Source: Podarcis vaucheri (lineage: Eukaryota). Taken from it: 64,000 bases of DNA. The stretch lies in assembly GCA_965113315.1 (NCBI GenBank), contig OZ220376.1, one strand, 5' to 3'. The number at the start of each line of letters is the position of its first letter. Within the stretch, counting starts at the first letter, position 1. The notes beneath the pieces were generated by a model. The model was not told the DNA's origin. It was given only the letters and a program-made list of their open reading frames with translations, and did not search any database. The translations under genes and the position numbers were made by a program. Shown here piece after piece: positions 26,251 through 40,343 of this stretch.

Positions 26251-26801
26251 ACTTGGGTGGTGTGGAGAATGAAGTTCCAGGAGGAATAATAGAATTGTAG
26301 AGTTGGAAGAGATCCCGAGGGTCATCTAGTCCACACCCACCCACCTTGGTAATGCAGGAATCTCAACTAAAGCATACACGATAGATGGCCATCCAGCTTC
26401 TGCTTAAAAACCTCCAAGGAAGGAGAATCTACCACCTCCTGAGGCAGGCCGTTCCATGGAGCCCAATTAAACTTTTGAGTATACCTGCAGAGCATGAGTT
26501 CTCAAACTTTCTACCCCCAGAGCCCACTTGAGACATCTGAAAATTACTGAGACCCACCAGTCACAAAGTGGTAGGAGGTGGAAGCTGAGTTTGGCATAGC
26601 AGTTGCAGACATTTTCTGATAGCTAATCCTTATTTGGAAATTGCTAGATTCTATGCCATTGACATTTCCTCACGGCAAGGAGTTCCACAGCTCAGTTTTC
26701 CTTAAGCTAAGTACAGACATCTGCTCTGATGAGATTGTGAGGTCTTCTCTTTGTTTTTTAGGCAGAATATGCTAATCTAGAGGCTCTTAAATGCAGAATA
26801 C

Positions 26802-26871
26802 CTTTCCCTTTCCCTTTCCCTTTCCCTTTCCCTTTCCCTTTCCCTTTCCCTTTCCCTTTCCCTTTCCTTTC
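26802..26871. repeat. (TTTCCC)n hexanucleotide microsatellite
   Basis: About 11 perfect copies. Confidence 0.95.
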
Positions 26872-28935
26872 TCCTTCTGCCCTCACATGCCTCTCAGAGT
26901 ATTTTTACTCTTCTCCTGTAATTTTATCTTCCATTCTCCTGCCACACTCAACTTGAACCTTATTCCTTCCTCTCCCCCACAAAAAGTGCCATTTTTAATC
27001 TCTCCTCTCTAGCCCTGTTACATTCACTCTAACATTCCTTCTCCTACATTCTTCCTCTCTTATCCCCTTCCTTTCTATTCCCAGTTATCATCATCATCAG
27101 TAATATGTAATTTTGTAACAACATTTTATCTCACTAGCTAATTTCCTTCAACACCTCCTCCAGCCCTTTCCCATCAGAGGAAGTAAGCCTTCTTCCTTCC
27201 TCCCACCCCCCTCTCCTGACCACCTTTAATCAGCATATAAGAAGGTGCTGGTGCTGGTGCTGGTCCAGCCAATTACTATGGCATGGCTAGGTGGCAGAGG
27301 GAGGCCAGTCAGAAGACAGTGGGCAAGCTCTGGCTCTGAGGCCAACCTGGAAGTGCTCAGTGTAGCAAGAATGGCCTATGTATGGAAAGGGTTGACAGTC
27401 ACTGTTTCTTGCCTTGATACCATTATGCTAGGTTCTCCCAGGCAGGAGTTTCACTTTCTCTTGGTCCTCAAAGCAGCTACAGCTGCAGCTTCAAGCATCA
27501 GTTAAAGGTGGGGAACCGTTATCAAGAATTCAGGATGTGAAACTGTCTCATAGAATTCCACTGACTTAGCTTTTGGAGCAGAAACACACAAGCATGTGAT
27601 ATTGTAGTTGGTTTCCCAGCAAAACATTTAAAATGCTTTCAGTGTATCCAAGAAGGTACCGGTAATATTGGACCTATCAGTGAAGGTCTGGTCTGCAGTT
27701 TTGGTGGCTATCCCAAGTGATCAAATGCAGGAATGAAAAGGACGGAAGGAAGGAAGGAAGGAGGGAGTGCTAGAATTACAGAAGGAAGAATGCTAGCTTG
27801 TTCTAATTTTATCTTTCCTGTTTCGCTCTCTGTCTTGTGTTGCCTGTGCATGTACTCAAATATTTTACAGTATTCCTGCCACAGACACATTTTCTGTCTT
27901 TCTGTTATCTTCACAGATGCGTACTTTGGTGTAATTTCCTTCAAGTTGTATAGACACTAGGTCTTCTCAGTCCCATCAGCTTTGTAGCTGTTTTGCTCTG
28001 AGGTTTTCCTTCCTATCCCTTCCCCCTGCCTGTCCAGCTGAAAAATGTTGAGAACTGCTATACAACCCCCCCTCAGTTCCTTAGCCATGTCTGCAGTGTG
28101 TGGGGGGGGGGGAGTGTTTCCATGGGAGCTATTCCCCTCCCAGGATCCAGTGTGCCAGCTGTTCTGTGGATCTTCTTACAGCCCTTGAGATTAAAGGCAC
28201 TTTGGCTTCTGTGTGTTCCTGGGTAACAGCACTGAAATTAAAAGAAGTGAGCCTATGGGAGAACAGAGCAATGTTTCCCTTGCAGAGGTCTTTGTTCACT
28301 AAACTTACTCTGCTGCTTTCTTGTTCTCAAAAACTAAAATATGGATGTTTTCAAGCTTGCTGTCACATATGCACTCTGTTCTTTGGATGCTGAGTATTAT
28401 TCCCACCTCTGCTTCTTATCAGCCTTTTGAGTTAATCCCCCTGTCACACCTGTTCCTTTTTCTAATATCATCTTTTTGCCTGCCATTCTGTGGTCTGCAA
28501 CCACTGACCAATATTTAGACACATAAGCTCCAGAAGTATTCTGATCTCACATTTTGGTCTCAAGATCATCTCCGACTGGCTGCCCGTTGCATGTGAACTT
28601 CCCTTCATTTTGAAAAAGTTTGATAATAAAATCCAACTTGGGATGATGTGGAACAAGCAAAAAAAGTTTTATCAGAAATGTTCAAAAAAGTTTTTAACAA
28701 CCCAAGACAGAAGCTCTCCTACAGTTCATGGTTGTTGGTCATTGTGCTTCTGTTGTTTGAGCATAGTTCTTTAGTGCTTGCACAATAGAGTGTGAGCAGG
28801 TTGTGGTCTATTGGGGTTGCAGAACTATGCCCCAGATTGTGAAATCTGTGTCCCTGGAGGAATTTGGAACCTCAGGAAAGCCTTGTTGGATTAGACCAAG
28901 GATTCATCTTGTTCATCATCCTGTCTCCAGCAGAA

Positions 28936-29294
28936 AGGTACCCCTGTCCGTACGGGCCAGTCGTGTCCGACTCTGGGGTTGCGTGCTCATCTCGCTCTAG
29001 AGGCCGTGAGCCGGCGCCGTCCGAAGACACTTCCGGGTCACGTGGCCAGTGTGACGAAGCTGCAGCTGGCAAGCCAGCACCAGCGCAGCGCACGGAAACG
29101 CCATTACCTTCCCGCTAGAAAGCGGTCCCTATTTATCTACTTGCACTTAAGAGTGTTTTCGAACTGCTAGGTGGGCAGGAGCTGGGACTGAATGACGGGA
29201 GCTCACCCCGCCGTGGGGATTCGAACCGCCGACCATACGATCGGCAAGTCCTAGGCGCTGAGGTTTTTGTTTTACCCACAGTGCCACCCGCGTC
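28936..29294 (-). mobile_element. Sauria SINE with TSD
   Basis: 5' GACGCGGGTGGCACTGTGGG, B box GGTTCGAATCCCC, GCAAGTAGATAAATAGGGACC core, 3' GGGGTACCTTT; flanking direct repeat (GTC)TCCAGCAGAA. Confidence 0.9.
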
Positions 29295-32200
29295 TCCAGC
29301 AGAAGCCACTGCCAAACAGATGTTCCTGGGGAGCCCACAAGCCCAGGCATGAAGGAAAGAGACCGTTCCCACAGCTATGTGGACCCCTTGCCTCTTGAAC
29401 ATGGAGATACCAGTGGCTAATAACAGTTGATAGGCCTCTCTGCCATGAATTTGTCATTGCTACATCTTGAGACAGCAAAATCTGTGGATTAATTATGTGT
29501 TGTGAGAGGAGGTACTGCTTTCATCTATCCAGGCCCTACTGTCAATCAGTTTAATTGGTTCTAGTCTTGTGGGATGTTTTCCATGAAATTTCAAATTTTC
29601 CCACTCCCCTAAATCACTTGAGATCTGACCTGGCATGTTTATTGGTTCATATTTAGTAAACAAGTGAAAACAAAATGCCATGTTAATTTTGTGTACTGCA
29701 AGTACCTCCAACAGTCAAAAGTAGTTGAACTGAAATATAAGGGTGGGGTGAATCCATAAAACACACTTGCAGCACAATCCTATAATCAAGTTAGGCCAAA
29801 TGGGAGCTATAAGGTACAGTATAGTGGAAGCCCCACTGTCCTAGCATAACTTGAAGATAGTGTCTGTTGGACTGGAGATAACACCAACACACCTGCAGCA
29901 CCAGCAGAACTCTTGTAGCATAAGCTCAAAACAATGCTGAGATGTGGATGGAACTGGGGAGAAGCAGAATTATGCTGAACCTTGTAGTGCTTCAGATGTT
30001 TTTCCTGCCCCAAAGCCAGAAAAAAGTCCTGACCTCAACGCCAACTTCAGAACAGCTGTATGTGAAATATCACCCACTCAGTGGACTGGAGTAAGAACCA
30101 CTGTTCCCCATACCCTCCTGCCCTACTCAGGATGCCACAGAATCTAATTGCAGCACACCAATATCAGTGTCAAAATCCCAGGGAGAGAAAGACCACAACT
30201 CAAATGACGGGGCATGAGACTTTATTGCTCTGATCTCGTGTCATGCATATATAGAAAGAGCACATTGGTAACACTTCTTCCCCAGACCTCTTACAGGTAC
30301 TTTGTCTTGGGACATCAGGTCAAAACACTCTACTCCCTCTCTCAAACTGGGGAGGCCAGAACAAAGCATCCCTACAACAAGCTACTAAGTTTAAGTGTTG
30401 CAGCTGTCTTCATCACCTCTTGCTGGAAGCCTCTTTCCTCTGGACCAGCGAGGAGCAGCATCTCCCACCTAGGCAACGTGAGGGTCAGCATGCAGAAGTG
30501 TTCTCTGCTGGAGGGTGCTGATCCTGCCCAAGAACTCTTGCCTTGCAGGATCACAGCCTGGACATAGGGAACAGAACGAACAGCCGCTGCACACATGCTG
30601 CAAGCCCCCTGCAGGGGAAGGGGTGTGTATTGCCTACTTCTTAGGGGAGACTGAGGCAAGGGGGCTGGATGAGTGCTTAAGTGGCACCACTCCCTCTCTT
30701 GCTGTCACCCTCACAAGCACCTCTGCATCCAGGGCCCAGTTGTTCCAGTTGCTGATCACTGCTCATTACTCTCTGTGTGTCTCCCTTCACAGCTCTCTAA
30801 CAGAGGAAGAGGGCAAGAGGGCCTTCCTTATGCCCAGCTACATGCAGGCTTCCAGGAAAGCTGCACCTGCTGGGATTATCCTTTCTACACAGCTATGAAG
30901 CCTTGCCCACTTTCCCACCTGACCACCCCACACTTCCAGTTCTTCCTCTGTAAGCAGCACAATTCCTGCTACTCTGTTGTCTGTCATGCAACTTTCAAAG
31001 GCACAGGAGCCCAGCTGGGGCTACCAGTCTGAAAACAGGCCTATGTTTGTTTAGGCCTCTATCTCACCCCCCACTTCCCCAAAGGCTATTCAATAAAGGC
31101 TATAACTTTGCCATGTGTGGTATTTTTTTATTACTAAGGCTTCGCCATGTCCTCCCTATCTTAGTCATGTTAAGCTGGCCTCAGGACGGGAGAGGGACTA
31201 GGAAGCATGTTCCTGTGGATAGAGGATTTTAATGGATAGATTTTAATGGATAGAGCATATATTAATTGCAATTTATCTATCCAGGCGCCACATGTGTAGG
31301 TTGAACAGAGTTTCAAAATCCCGTCCTTGGCAGCAAAATTAAAAGCATAGGAATTAGGCTGCAATGTCTTGTTTTGGGCAAGTCCAGCTGGCTTCCCCCT
31401 TCTTACCCTGCTTAGCAAAGAATCAGCCAACAACTTGCAAAGTTTAAAAATATAATTTACTCACATAATCTTGCATTGGTTCACAGCAATGGCAGTAGTA
31501 AAAACTATGCAGGAAAAAGATATATATATACAGTACATTACAACGAGCTTCAGGCATGTGCCTAAAGCTGAAGGAAGCAAAGCCATGTCTGCATCCAATG
31601 CTGGTCAAAAGAAGAGAGGAGAGAGGAATAGGAAGCACTATATGCTCCTTCCTGTCCAGGAGACGAAGGGAAATGACACCAATTGTCCTGTCTACCAATT
31701 ATATTTCTATGGTCTGTATTGCCTATCAGCAATACAACTCTGTGGTATTCACTCCTCCTATTGCTAACTAGTAAGAATATGCATTTTTTTTAGGTTTGGC
31801 TGCTAATCTCCCACAGTTCCTGCAAGAGCTCAGGGCTAATGACCCTTTCCACTCTCTGTCTACTTAGACTCCAAGCATCATTAGGGTGGCAGACCTCTCA
31901 GACTCTACAGAGGTCATCAATCAGTGGTAGAGAATTCGCTTTGCATGCAGAATGTCTTAATCTTCAGTATCTCAAGGTAGTAATTGGAATGTCCCCTGTC
32001 TGAAACCCTGGAGAGCTGCTGCCAGTCAGTGTACACAACTCCAAGCTGAGTGGATCAAGGTTGTGACTCAATATAACACAGCTTCCTATGTTCCAACTTG
32101 GGTTGAGTGCTGCCACCGTGATGTATGAGACAGTCATAGAATCATAGAATCATAGAGGTGAAAGTTGAGGTGAAAGGACTGTGAGACCTGCTGGGATGCA

Positions 32201-33136
32201 AGCCAGAAAACTGGGTCTGTCAGAGAATCAGTATAGTGGCAGTTGCTTAGGTTGACATATTCATTCAAAATGCATATATTCTGCTTCATAGCCCTTAAGA
32301 GGCTCTCAAAGCAGTTTACAAAAGATCCCCTCATTCAAGTAAGTGTGGTACCCAGGAGCAGAACTAACATGTCCATGCAGACCCTGTATGATTCAGTATT
32401 TTGGCTAAGGGATGACAAATGTCCTGTGATGTCTGCTTTGTCATTCCTCCTGGTGCAGTTGGAAATCACACGTTTTCCAAATCCATACCATATGCCAGAG
32501 GTAACAAGTGCAGTATCCTCCAGAAGTTGAATGGCCAGTGGTCAGGGAAGAGTCCAGCAACGCCTGGAGGACACCATGTTGGCCAGGCCCAGGTGGAACT
32601 TGTCCTGTTAGAATAAAGTTATAAACTCAAACACAAAAAAAACCTGCTGGTCATTGGCGGAGGGCCCAGCCAGCTTAGCCCACTGTTACAACCACCCCAA
32701 CCTCAAGCCCTCCAGATGTTTTGGATGGCAACTCCCATCAGCCCCCAGAAGTTATGAACTGAAACTGCTATTAGCTCCCATCAGCTCCACCATGCTACAG
32801 TTGTGGTGGCTGGAGCTGAGATGGGAATTGTAGTTCAAACCATCTGGAGGGTACTGGGTTGGGGAAGGCTACTCTATTATGCATTTCTCAGTTTTCCAAA
32901 CTAAGCTTTTATGGATTCCTTGTAAAAAGATAAATTTTGATTACAGCAGATATAGGAAGTGTTAGTTTTTGCTCTTGGAAAGTCCATTGTGGTGGCTGCT
33001 CCAACCTGCTGAACTTGGCAAATCCTCTGTGTGATGGCTTAAGTTGTCGTGCAGACTCTTGCTGATTTGAAATGCATTCTTGACTCCTGTCTTTCTGCAG
33101 AGGGGTTGGTTCTTCAAGTTAGAGTGCATGCAATTA

Positions 33137-33305
33137 CCGTATTTTTTGCACCATAACACTCACTTTTTTCCTCCTAAAAAGTAAGGGGAAATGTCTGTGC
33201 GTGTTATGGAGGGAATGCCTACGGGTGGCATGCCTACGGATTTTCCTCCTCTAAAAACTATGTGCGTGTTATGGTCGGGTACGTGTTATAGAGTGAAAAA
33301 TACGG
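33137..33305. mobile_element. pogo/Tc2-type MITE
   Basis: TIR CCGTATTTTT / AAAAATACGG; TA TSDs; internal repeated TGTGCGTGTTATGG. Confidence 0.8.
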
Positions 33306-36300
33306 TAATTTTTAAGATTGGAACTTCAATCTCAGTGTTTTGCTAACTTCCATATCAATCAGTTACCTAGAAAAGCATTTGTGTGCTGGGGCTGATGCAG
33401 TTAACACTTACTGTATTATATTGCAATGGGTCAAACTGGGACAGTACACTCCAGCTCTAAAGCATTTTCTACTTATTCCTTCACCTTCTGTGTCGTGGAG
33501 CTTACCTGAAGAAGCTTGGATCTCCCTGTACTCCCCCCCACACACAACTCCTGTATTGGGTTTCACATTGTGCAGGGAGGAAGTCCACTGTTGTGAAAGG
33601 GGAGAGGCATTGTCTTTGCTGGTCCACAGCTGTGGCTGGTAGATCTGCCTTCAAATGGCATTCCTTTGCTGTGCATGTTTCTAACACTGTATCACAGAGA
33701 GTTCAGGTGTGGGAAATAAAGCTCAGACATTCACACTGGAACATCCACAGGAAGTTAAAATGATGATGTGCCTTGTAGGTCTGACCTGCTGCAGGTTAGG
33801 GCTGACACACCTGTCTGCCTTGAGAAGCATTGACAACAATGCTATGACTTAAATAGACAGCAGAGGGGTGGTTGTGTTGTGTGAACTTCATTCCCTCCCA
33901 GTCATTGTGTAGCATGCGGAGCAACTGAGCAAGGAAATCGCAGCCCTCAACAGACTAGCTTAGCAACGCTGTGTGTGTCAGAAATTACTTTTAAATGCTT
34001 TTGTAAACTTACATGGCCTTGTAAGCCAACCAATGATTTACTATTTCCTTTTAAAAACAAATCCTCAGTTGTCTTTAAAGATACTGCCTTCCAAGTGTGT
34101 AATTCTTCTGAGTTATGATTTCCATTACTTGAATTATGGACCCTTCCAAGACCCCATCCCTGCTATTCCCAAAAACCCAATGCTTTTTTATTCTGGTGCT
34201 CTGACTCTAGCAATTCTTGGATGGAAGATGAGCCCTGCCAGCATTAACCCACCTGTGAGGAAGGTGACGCAGAACCCTTCCAAAGTTGGCCAGTAGGCCA
34301 CAGTTTTCTTCCTATTGACCAACCAACACTTTGGTCCAGTTGCAATAAATCTAAAATGTTGAGAGGTTGTTGAAAAATATTTGAGCTGTTTTGGCTGCTT
34401 GGGGGTTTCAAGGTTTATTCTCATTCATTCTGTCTCTCTCTATGGCATGGGACCTTTAAGGACCAGGCAAAGGGTCTCATCTCCTCACCAACACACATGC
34501 CCAGACAGACACTCTTGTTGTCTAGTTTGGAGGTTCAATGGAAAGCAACTTGTTCTCTGCCAGCTCCAGGGCTGGGTGTTTCTGACAAGCAGGTCCCTGT
34601 TTCTGTTGCCTCTGAATATTTTCCCATAAGAGAGAGCCCTTCTCCTAATCTGTAGGAGGCTTTGTTAAAGCAGAAGCTTTCCTCTTAAAGAACCTATTTA
34701 TTTTTCATTGGATTGTGTGTGCTTTTTTTCAAACAAGGATTCTTACAAGTCGCTTCACCATCCATTTGGCCAGATTTATTTTCTGCTAGGTTGAGAATCA
34801 AGTCTCTTTCCCTCCGCCTCCACTGGAAAGAGGGAGAATGGAGGGGGGGTGAGAAAAAAAGACTTTTGCATTGTGGTGATTGGCACAGCCTGTGAATCAA
34901 GGGTCATTTTGTGTAGCTGTTTCTTTTCAAGCATTCTCTCTCTCTCTCTCTTTTTCTTTCTTTCTCTCTCTCTCTCTTCCCCCTTCCATGCACAATCTAT
35001 TCAGGCTGGAAGCATTCTTTCTTTTCAGAGTCTTTTCTGCCTCTCTCTCTCTTTTCCCCCTCCTTTATTTTTCATCTCTTTTCATTCTGTTTCCCTCCAC
35101 CACCCCCCTAGAGGCTCTTTTTTCCCCTTTCCTCATTCCTCTATTCAGTTCCCTTTTTTTTGGTTGCTTCTTTTAAAATAGCTTTTCTATTTTCAGAGAG
35201 GACAGGGAACATGTAGGAAGAGAAGTCGTTTCAGAAAGGAGGAACCTGAAAGTCTTTCTCCATTTATTTCAGCAAATGTTGTTTTTAAAGCAAGAGAACC
35301 AAGGGCGACAAAAAGAAACCCATCTTTATTTTGTTCCTGCCTCTTCTCCCACAAACACCCCCCCACAAATATTCATAAGTGATCACATCTCCAGTAATAT
35401 GCTAAAATACTGGCAGCTTTGCTTCTTTATTATGTTGCCCTGGGCATTTTGGTGCAGAGGCTAGAAACACAAGAGGCATGGCTGCTTTCCTGGATAGACC
35501 CCATTGATGCCCCTCTTTGCAACTTCTGACATCACCCATTTCTTTTAGCTCTGCACCAAGAGTTGTGGGCTGCAGGGCCCACTTGGGTGCTGGATGCTGC
35601 CTTTAGAACAATTTGTCCTTCATGGTGAACCTTCAGCAGGGAGCTTAGGAGATCTCCATGCTAATGCAGAGAACAATTTTGTGGAAAGCAGCAGTGAAGA
35701 CTTAAAGTTGTGTAATCTCAAGTTTGTAGATCTCTAGATGTGCATTGCTTAAAGCATTGACTAGCCCCCAATAGCCACATTAATCAGAATTTTTGTGCTC
35801 TGGCAGGATGCCACGAATACGGGCCCTTTGTTCATTACGACTTCCCAGCCTCTTATCTCCTGAATTTCATTGTTGAATTAGTGCCTTTTAGTAGTAATTG
35901 TCTTCTGTAGTATTGATAAACACTTTGCTTTGGGGAAAGAGTGTGAATTCTCCATTCCTGCTGGAGAGGATCAGGCTTGCAGGTGGTGGAAAGAGAGGTA
36001 TAGTCAAGGGCAGCAAACTGCAACTCAAATACTTCTTCCTGTGCCATTAGAGAGAAACCAAGTTCTTCTGTGAAAGTCTATGATACAAGAGTGCCTGGCC
36101 CTTTCTCAGATGGTTCTCCTATGGCAACCTTCCCTAAACCAGTGGCCTCCACATGCCACCGCCCATCAGCTCCAGCATCACATGGCTGGACTGGCCGGGG
36201 TTGCAGTCCTACGTCAATTCCTCAACAAGAGATGGTTGGTCAAGAAATGAAGACAGGAGTCATCCAGTAGACATGGATTTCCAAAGAGAGAAATGGAACA

Positions 36301-38918
36301 AGTCTTGGGAGCCAGAGTGCTGGGCTAGGTAAACCTCTGGCCCAGTCCAGCAAAAGCCAATTCTTAGGTGCTTATGCTTTCATTCATGTCAGGGCATAAA
36401 AAGTCTGAAGGGGGCTGATGTAGATGCTTGTTTTCTGTGATGGAGATGCTCTCAAAAGTAGGAGGGTTGAGAGAACCTGCTTCAAATGAAAGCAAAGGTA
36501 CAGATGACTAGGGAGCAGGGACACACCTGTCTGGAAGCCAAACCTGCACCTGGGTTGGTTGTATGGTGATGGTGATGTGCCTGCTTCTGTGGGAAGCAAT
36601 CCTGGCTGTCCCTACGTAGCAGTTGGATCTGGTTGGTTTCTTGAAGGTTGGCTTGGTGTGAAGAGTGTCCCCTTCAGGTAGGAAAGTGGGTCTTGGTGTG
36701 GGTGGTCAGCCCCACACTTTGGGGATTAAAGAGGGAGGTAGCCAATGAGAAGGGACCCCATCCAAAATCCATACACCTTGCAGAGCCTGGCTTTGAAAGT
36801 TTCTTCCACCCACCCACCGAAATATGTGATTCAGATCTAATGTCACCTGGAAGCTGAGATGGGACATTAGAGGAGATGGAGGTGGGTGAGAGAGTGGGGT
36901 TGGAATACAGAAGGAGATTAGGAGATTGATGAAAGTGAGAGAGAAAGAGAGAGGAGATAAGAGAGGCACACAGGACTGAACTATCAAGCTGAGAGAGGCG
37001 TTGCCAGGGTAACGGAAAGAATGAGGGAGAGAGAGAAAGATGGAGAGAAGAGGCAAGAATCAGAAATGGAAGGGAAGTGGGAGGGAGGGAGGGAGGGCAG
37101 GCAATGGATTTTAAAGGGTGAATGAGAGAAGCAGATGGATTTTAAAGACTGAAGTGGCTGGACAGGCTGACTCCCTCCCCCAACCAAAAAAAAAAAAAAG
37201 CTGCCTATGCCCACAATCAATAATTCTAGGTGGGCTCCCCTCTGGCACCTTTGCTCAGGATTGCTACCATTCTGTGCCCAGGACATGCTGGCTGGCACAG
37301 AAGTGGCTGCCATCATGGCCAGTCTCCAGCTTCAAGGCTGCCTCCTGTGAGGAGGGAATCAATACTGTTGTTCCCCTTTGCCTCTACAGCCCATTGACAT
37401 GAAAGTGTGCTTAACAGGGGCCCTCCTTTCATTGTGGTGCAGCTTGCATGCAAAATGGGTCAGGCACTGAGGCCAGCCTGCGGGTCACTACATGGCCTTC
37501 TCCTGCTTGTCTCTGGGTGACCTGATGGGCCCCTTCTTGGCCCTGCTGCGCTCATTGCCGCCTCTGCCTCCTCTAATCCTCCCCCATACCCAGCCTCCTT
37601 CCTTCCTTCTCTCTTCCTTTCTTCTCCGATGCCTGCCAGCCCCCTCTTCTCTTCTTCTTCCTCCTCTCTCCTTCCTGCCTCCTCCCCTCTCTCCTTTGTT
37701 TTGGCTGCCTCCATACACTGCTGTCTCCTTCCCCTCCTCCCCCCACCTGCCTCTTGCTATCTTTCCCCCCTCCATTTCCTCTTTTTGTCTTCCCTTGTTC
37801 ACATTTCTTTTCTCTGCACCAGCCATCCTCACCCGCACAGAGTTTAAGAGCATGCAGGCAGCTCTGGCGGAGAATGAGGTTCATTTATTTCCAGTGGTTC
37901 AAAAGTGGGAAGTTCTGAGGTTGTTCTGTCTAGCTGTTTCCTTTGCCTCAGGGTTAGTCCAAGCCTGGCTTGTCTTTCTGCTCTGCACCCAGGAAGACTG
38001 GCTTTGTATTTCAGGCGAGGAACAGTTATTCTGGCTCTTCTGGTCCTGCTAGTCCCATACTGGGGGAAGGAGCAGTATCCCCCCCCCCCATGCTCTCCTC
38101 TCTCTGGCTTGGCTTTCTGGTGCTTCGCAGTCACACAAAAAGCACACACTGAGAGGGGAGGTCCTAGGGTTCTAAGGGCTGCCTCCTAGGTGCGAGTCCT
38201 GCCTGGCCCTGCTTGCCACCTTCACAACCAAGGAGGCTGCTGTGCCCTTTCTTGTAGAAAGGAATCCAGCCCAACCTGGTGGGTGACAACATCCCAATAC
38301 CTGGGGAGGTGCAGTCATCAGACTACCTGCTCTTTCTAGAAGTGCAGAATTTGCCACATTTGGGGAGGCTCCTGACCTGGCATGCAGAAGCCTCCCCCCC
38401 CCCCCAGGTATCAGATAGAAGGCCACAAGATTTTGCTACACGCTGAGCCCTTTACAATAAAGAATAAACACAGCACAACTGAGCCATTGTACAGGGCTCT
38501 ATGGAATATATGTTTTCTGCTAGTCTTGGGAAATGGTAAGGAGACAAATGTCTGGCCTGTCATCTGGCCACTAGGCATTCCCACCACCACCATCCCTCAT
38601 CTTGCCAGTGAAGCACACCCATGTTTAGATTTCAGGTTTTGCTCCAGTTTCGGGAGTACAGAATATTTGTTTAGCTCCAAAACATGGGATGCTTTCAGGT
38701 TCTAAGCTCTGCCCTTTGGTGTTCCTTTCATTTTAAAGGCTATGTCCAGAGTAGATGCCACTTTCCATTGCCATGATTTTGGAGCTGCCAGCTAGGGCCC
38801 CTGCTGGCCAACTGGGTTCTCTCAGCCCACAGCCCTCTGCTTGGCCAACAGGGTAATGGCTTCTCTTTCTCCCTTTTGTTCCTGCAGACAACAGAAGCTG
38901 TGCTTGATGGTATGAGCC

Positions 38919-40343
38919 ATGGACCGCTTTGCCCACTCTGGAACACAGACAGATGCCGTGGTGGTGCTGTCTCTGGCCCAAGCAGCCGTCCTGGGCTTGG
39001 TGACTGAGAACGAGTTTTTTGGTGCCACCGTCAGCCCCGGAGGTTTCTTCTCCAGCTTCGCGGGCAGGCTCGACGGCATGTCCATGGTTGAGTTGAAGCA
39101 GCCGGAAAGCCATTGCCCTCTGGATAATGAAGGCCAAGGTCACATCGAGCCAGCGGAGGAGGATGAAGCAGCAGAGGCTTCCTTCGGGAAACATGCCAGG
39201 AGGAGGAAGCGCCCGCCTGTGAGGCTGGTGCCAAAAGTGAAGCCCGAGAAGGGGGAGTGGGGGCAGGAGGACGGCGCTTACGAAGCATCAGTAGCAAGTG
39301 AGGGCAAGGAGGAGCAGATGGGCAGCCACCCTGTGAGCCTGGAGGAGTCCCCCTGTGAGCAGACGGTGCAGAGCAGCACTACCAAGATGATAGATCTCAG
39401 CACGTTCAACAGGAAGCCTCGACGCCTGCGGCACCTGCGACAGCAAGCCCCAGAAGAGCTGTCCCTGGGCGGGTATGAGGAGAGGCTCCCAAGCACCCCA
39501 CAAGCCACCCTGGACAGCACTCCGGGGAGTGCAGAGGCCTTCTCCAGTGACTGCGGCTTCCAGGCTGGTGCTCCACCTCCCTTGATCAATCTGGAGCATC
39601 CTGTACCACACTCTCCTCCGGGGCAGGGCAAGAGTGAGCTGGGCTTTGTGTGGCAGGAGCCCCTGGAATTTGAGGCGGAGGCCCATGGCGAGCACAGCAA
39701 GAAGGTTCAGCTGGACCGCCTGGACATCAACGTCCAGATAGATGACTCCTACCTGGTGGAGAAGCGTTGGCNNNNNNNNNNNNNNNNNNNNNNNNNNNNN
39801 NNNNNNNNNNNNNNNNNNNNNNNNNNNNNNNNNNNNNNNNNNNNNNNNNNNNNNNNNNNNNNNNNNNNNNNNNNNNNNNNNNNNNNNNNNNNNNNNNNNN
39901 NNNCCCACCTGCTCACCCACCAGGGCACACGGCCCCACAAGTGCCAGGTGTGCCACAAGGCTTTCACCCAGACCAGCCACCTTAAGCGCCACATGCTGCT
40001 GCACTCCGACATCAAGCCCTACAGCTGCCGCTTCTGTGGCCGCGGCTTCGCCTACCCCAGCGAGCTGAAGGCCCACGAGGGCAAGCACGAGAACGGGCGC
40101 TGCCACGTCTGCGTTGAGTGCGGCCTGGACTTCTCCACCCTCACCCAGCTCAAGCGCCACCTGGCCACCCACCAGGGGCCCACCCTCTACCCCTGCCCAG
40201 AGTGCAACAAGTCCTTCCATTATCGCAGCCAGCTGCAGAACCACATGCTCAAGCACCAGAACGTGCGGCCTTTCGTCTGCACCGAGTGTGGCATGGAGTT
40301 CAGCCAGATCCATCACCTTAAGCAGCACTCGCTGACCCACAAG
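38919..40343 (+). CDS. ZNF710: ZNF710 first coding exon (acceptor at 38888; contains N-gap 39772-39903)
   Basis: Polypyrimidine tract + cctgcag|ACAAC; gagccATGG; ends HSLTHK|GTAGGC. Confidence 0.95.

Noticed and set aside
26791-27012. (FP)n-repeat ORF
   Set aside because: Translation of the (TTTCCC)n microsatellite.
33759-33786. C/D-box-like ATGATGA...CTGA in ZNF710 intron 1
   Set aside because: Boxes are too close together and there is no terminal stem; not a snoRNA.
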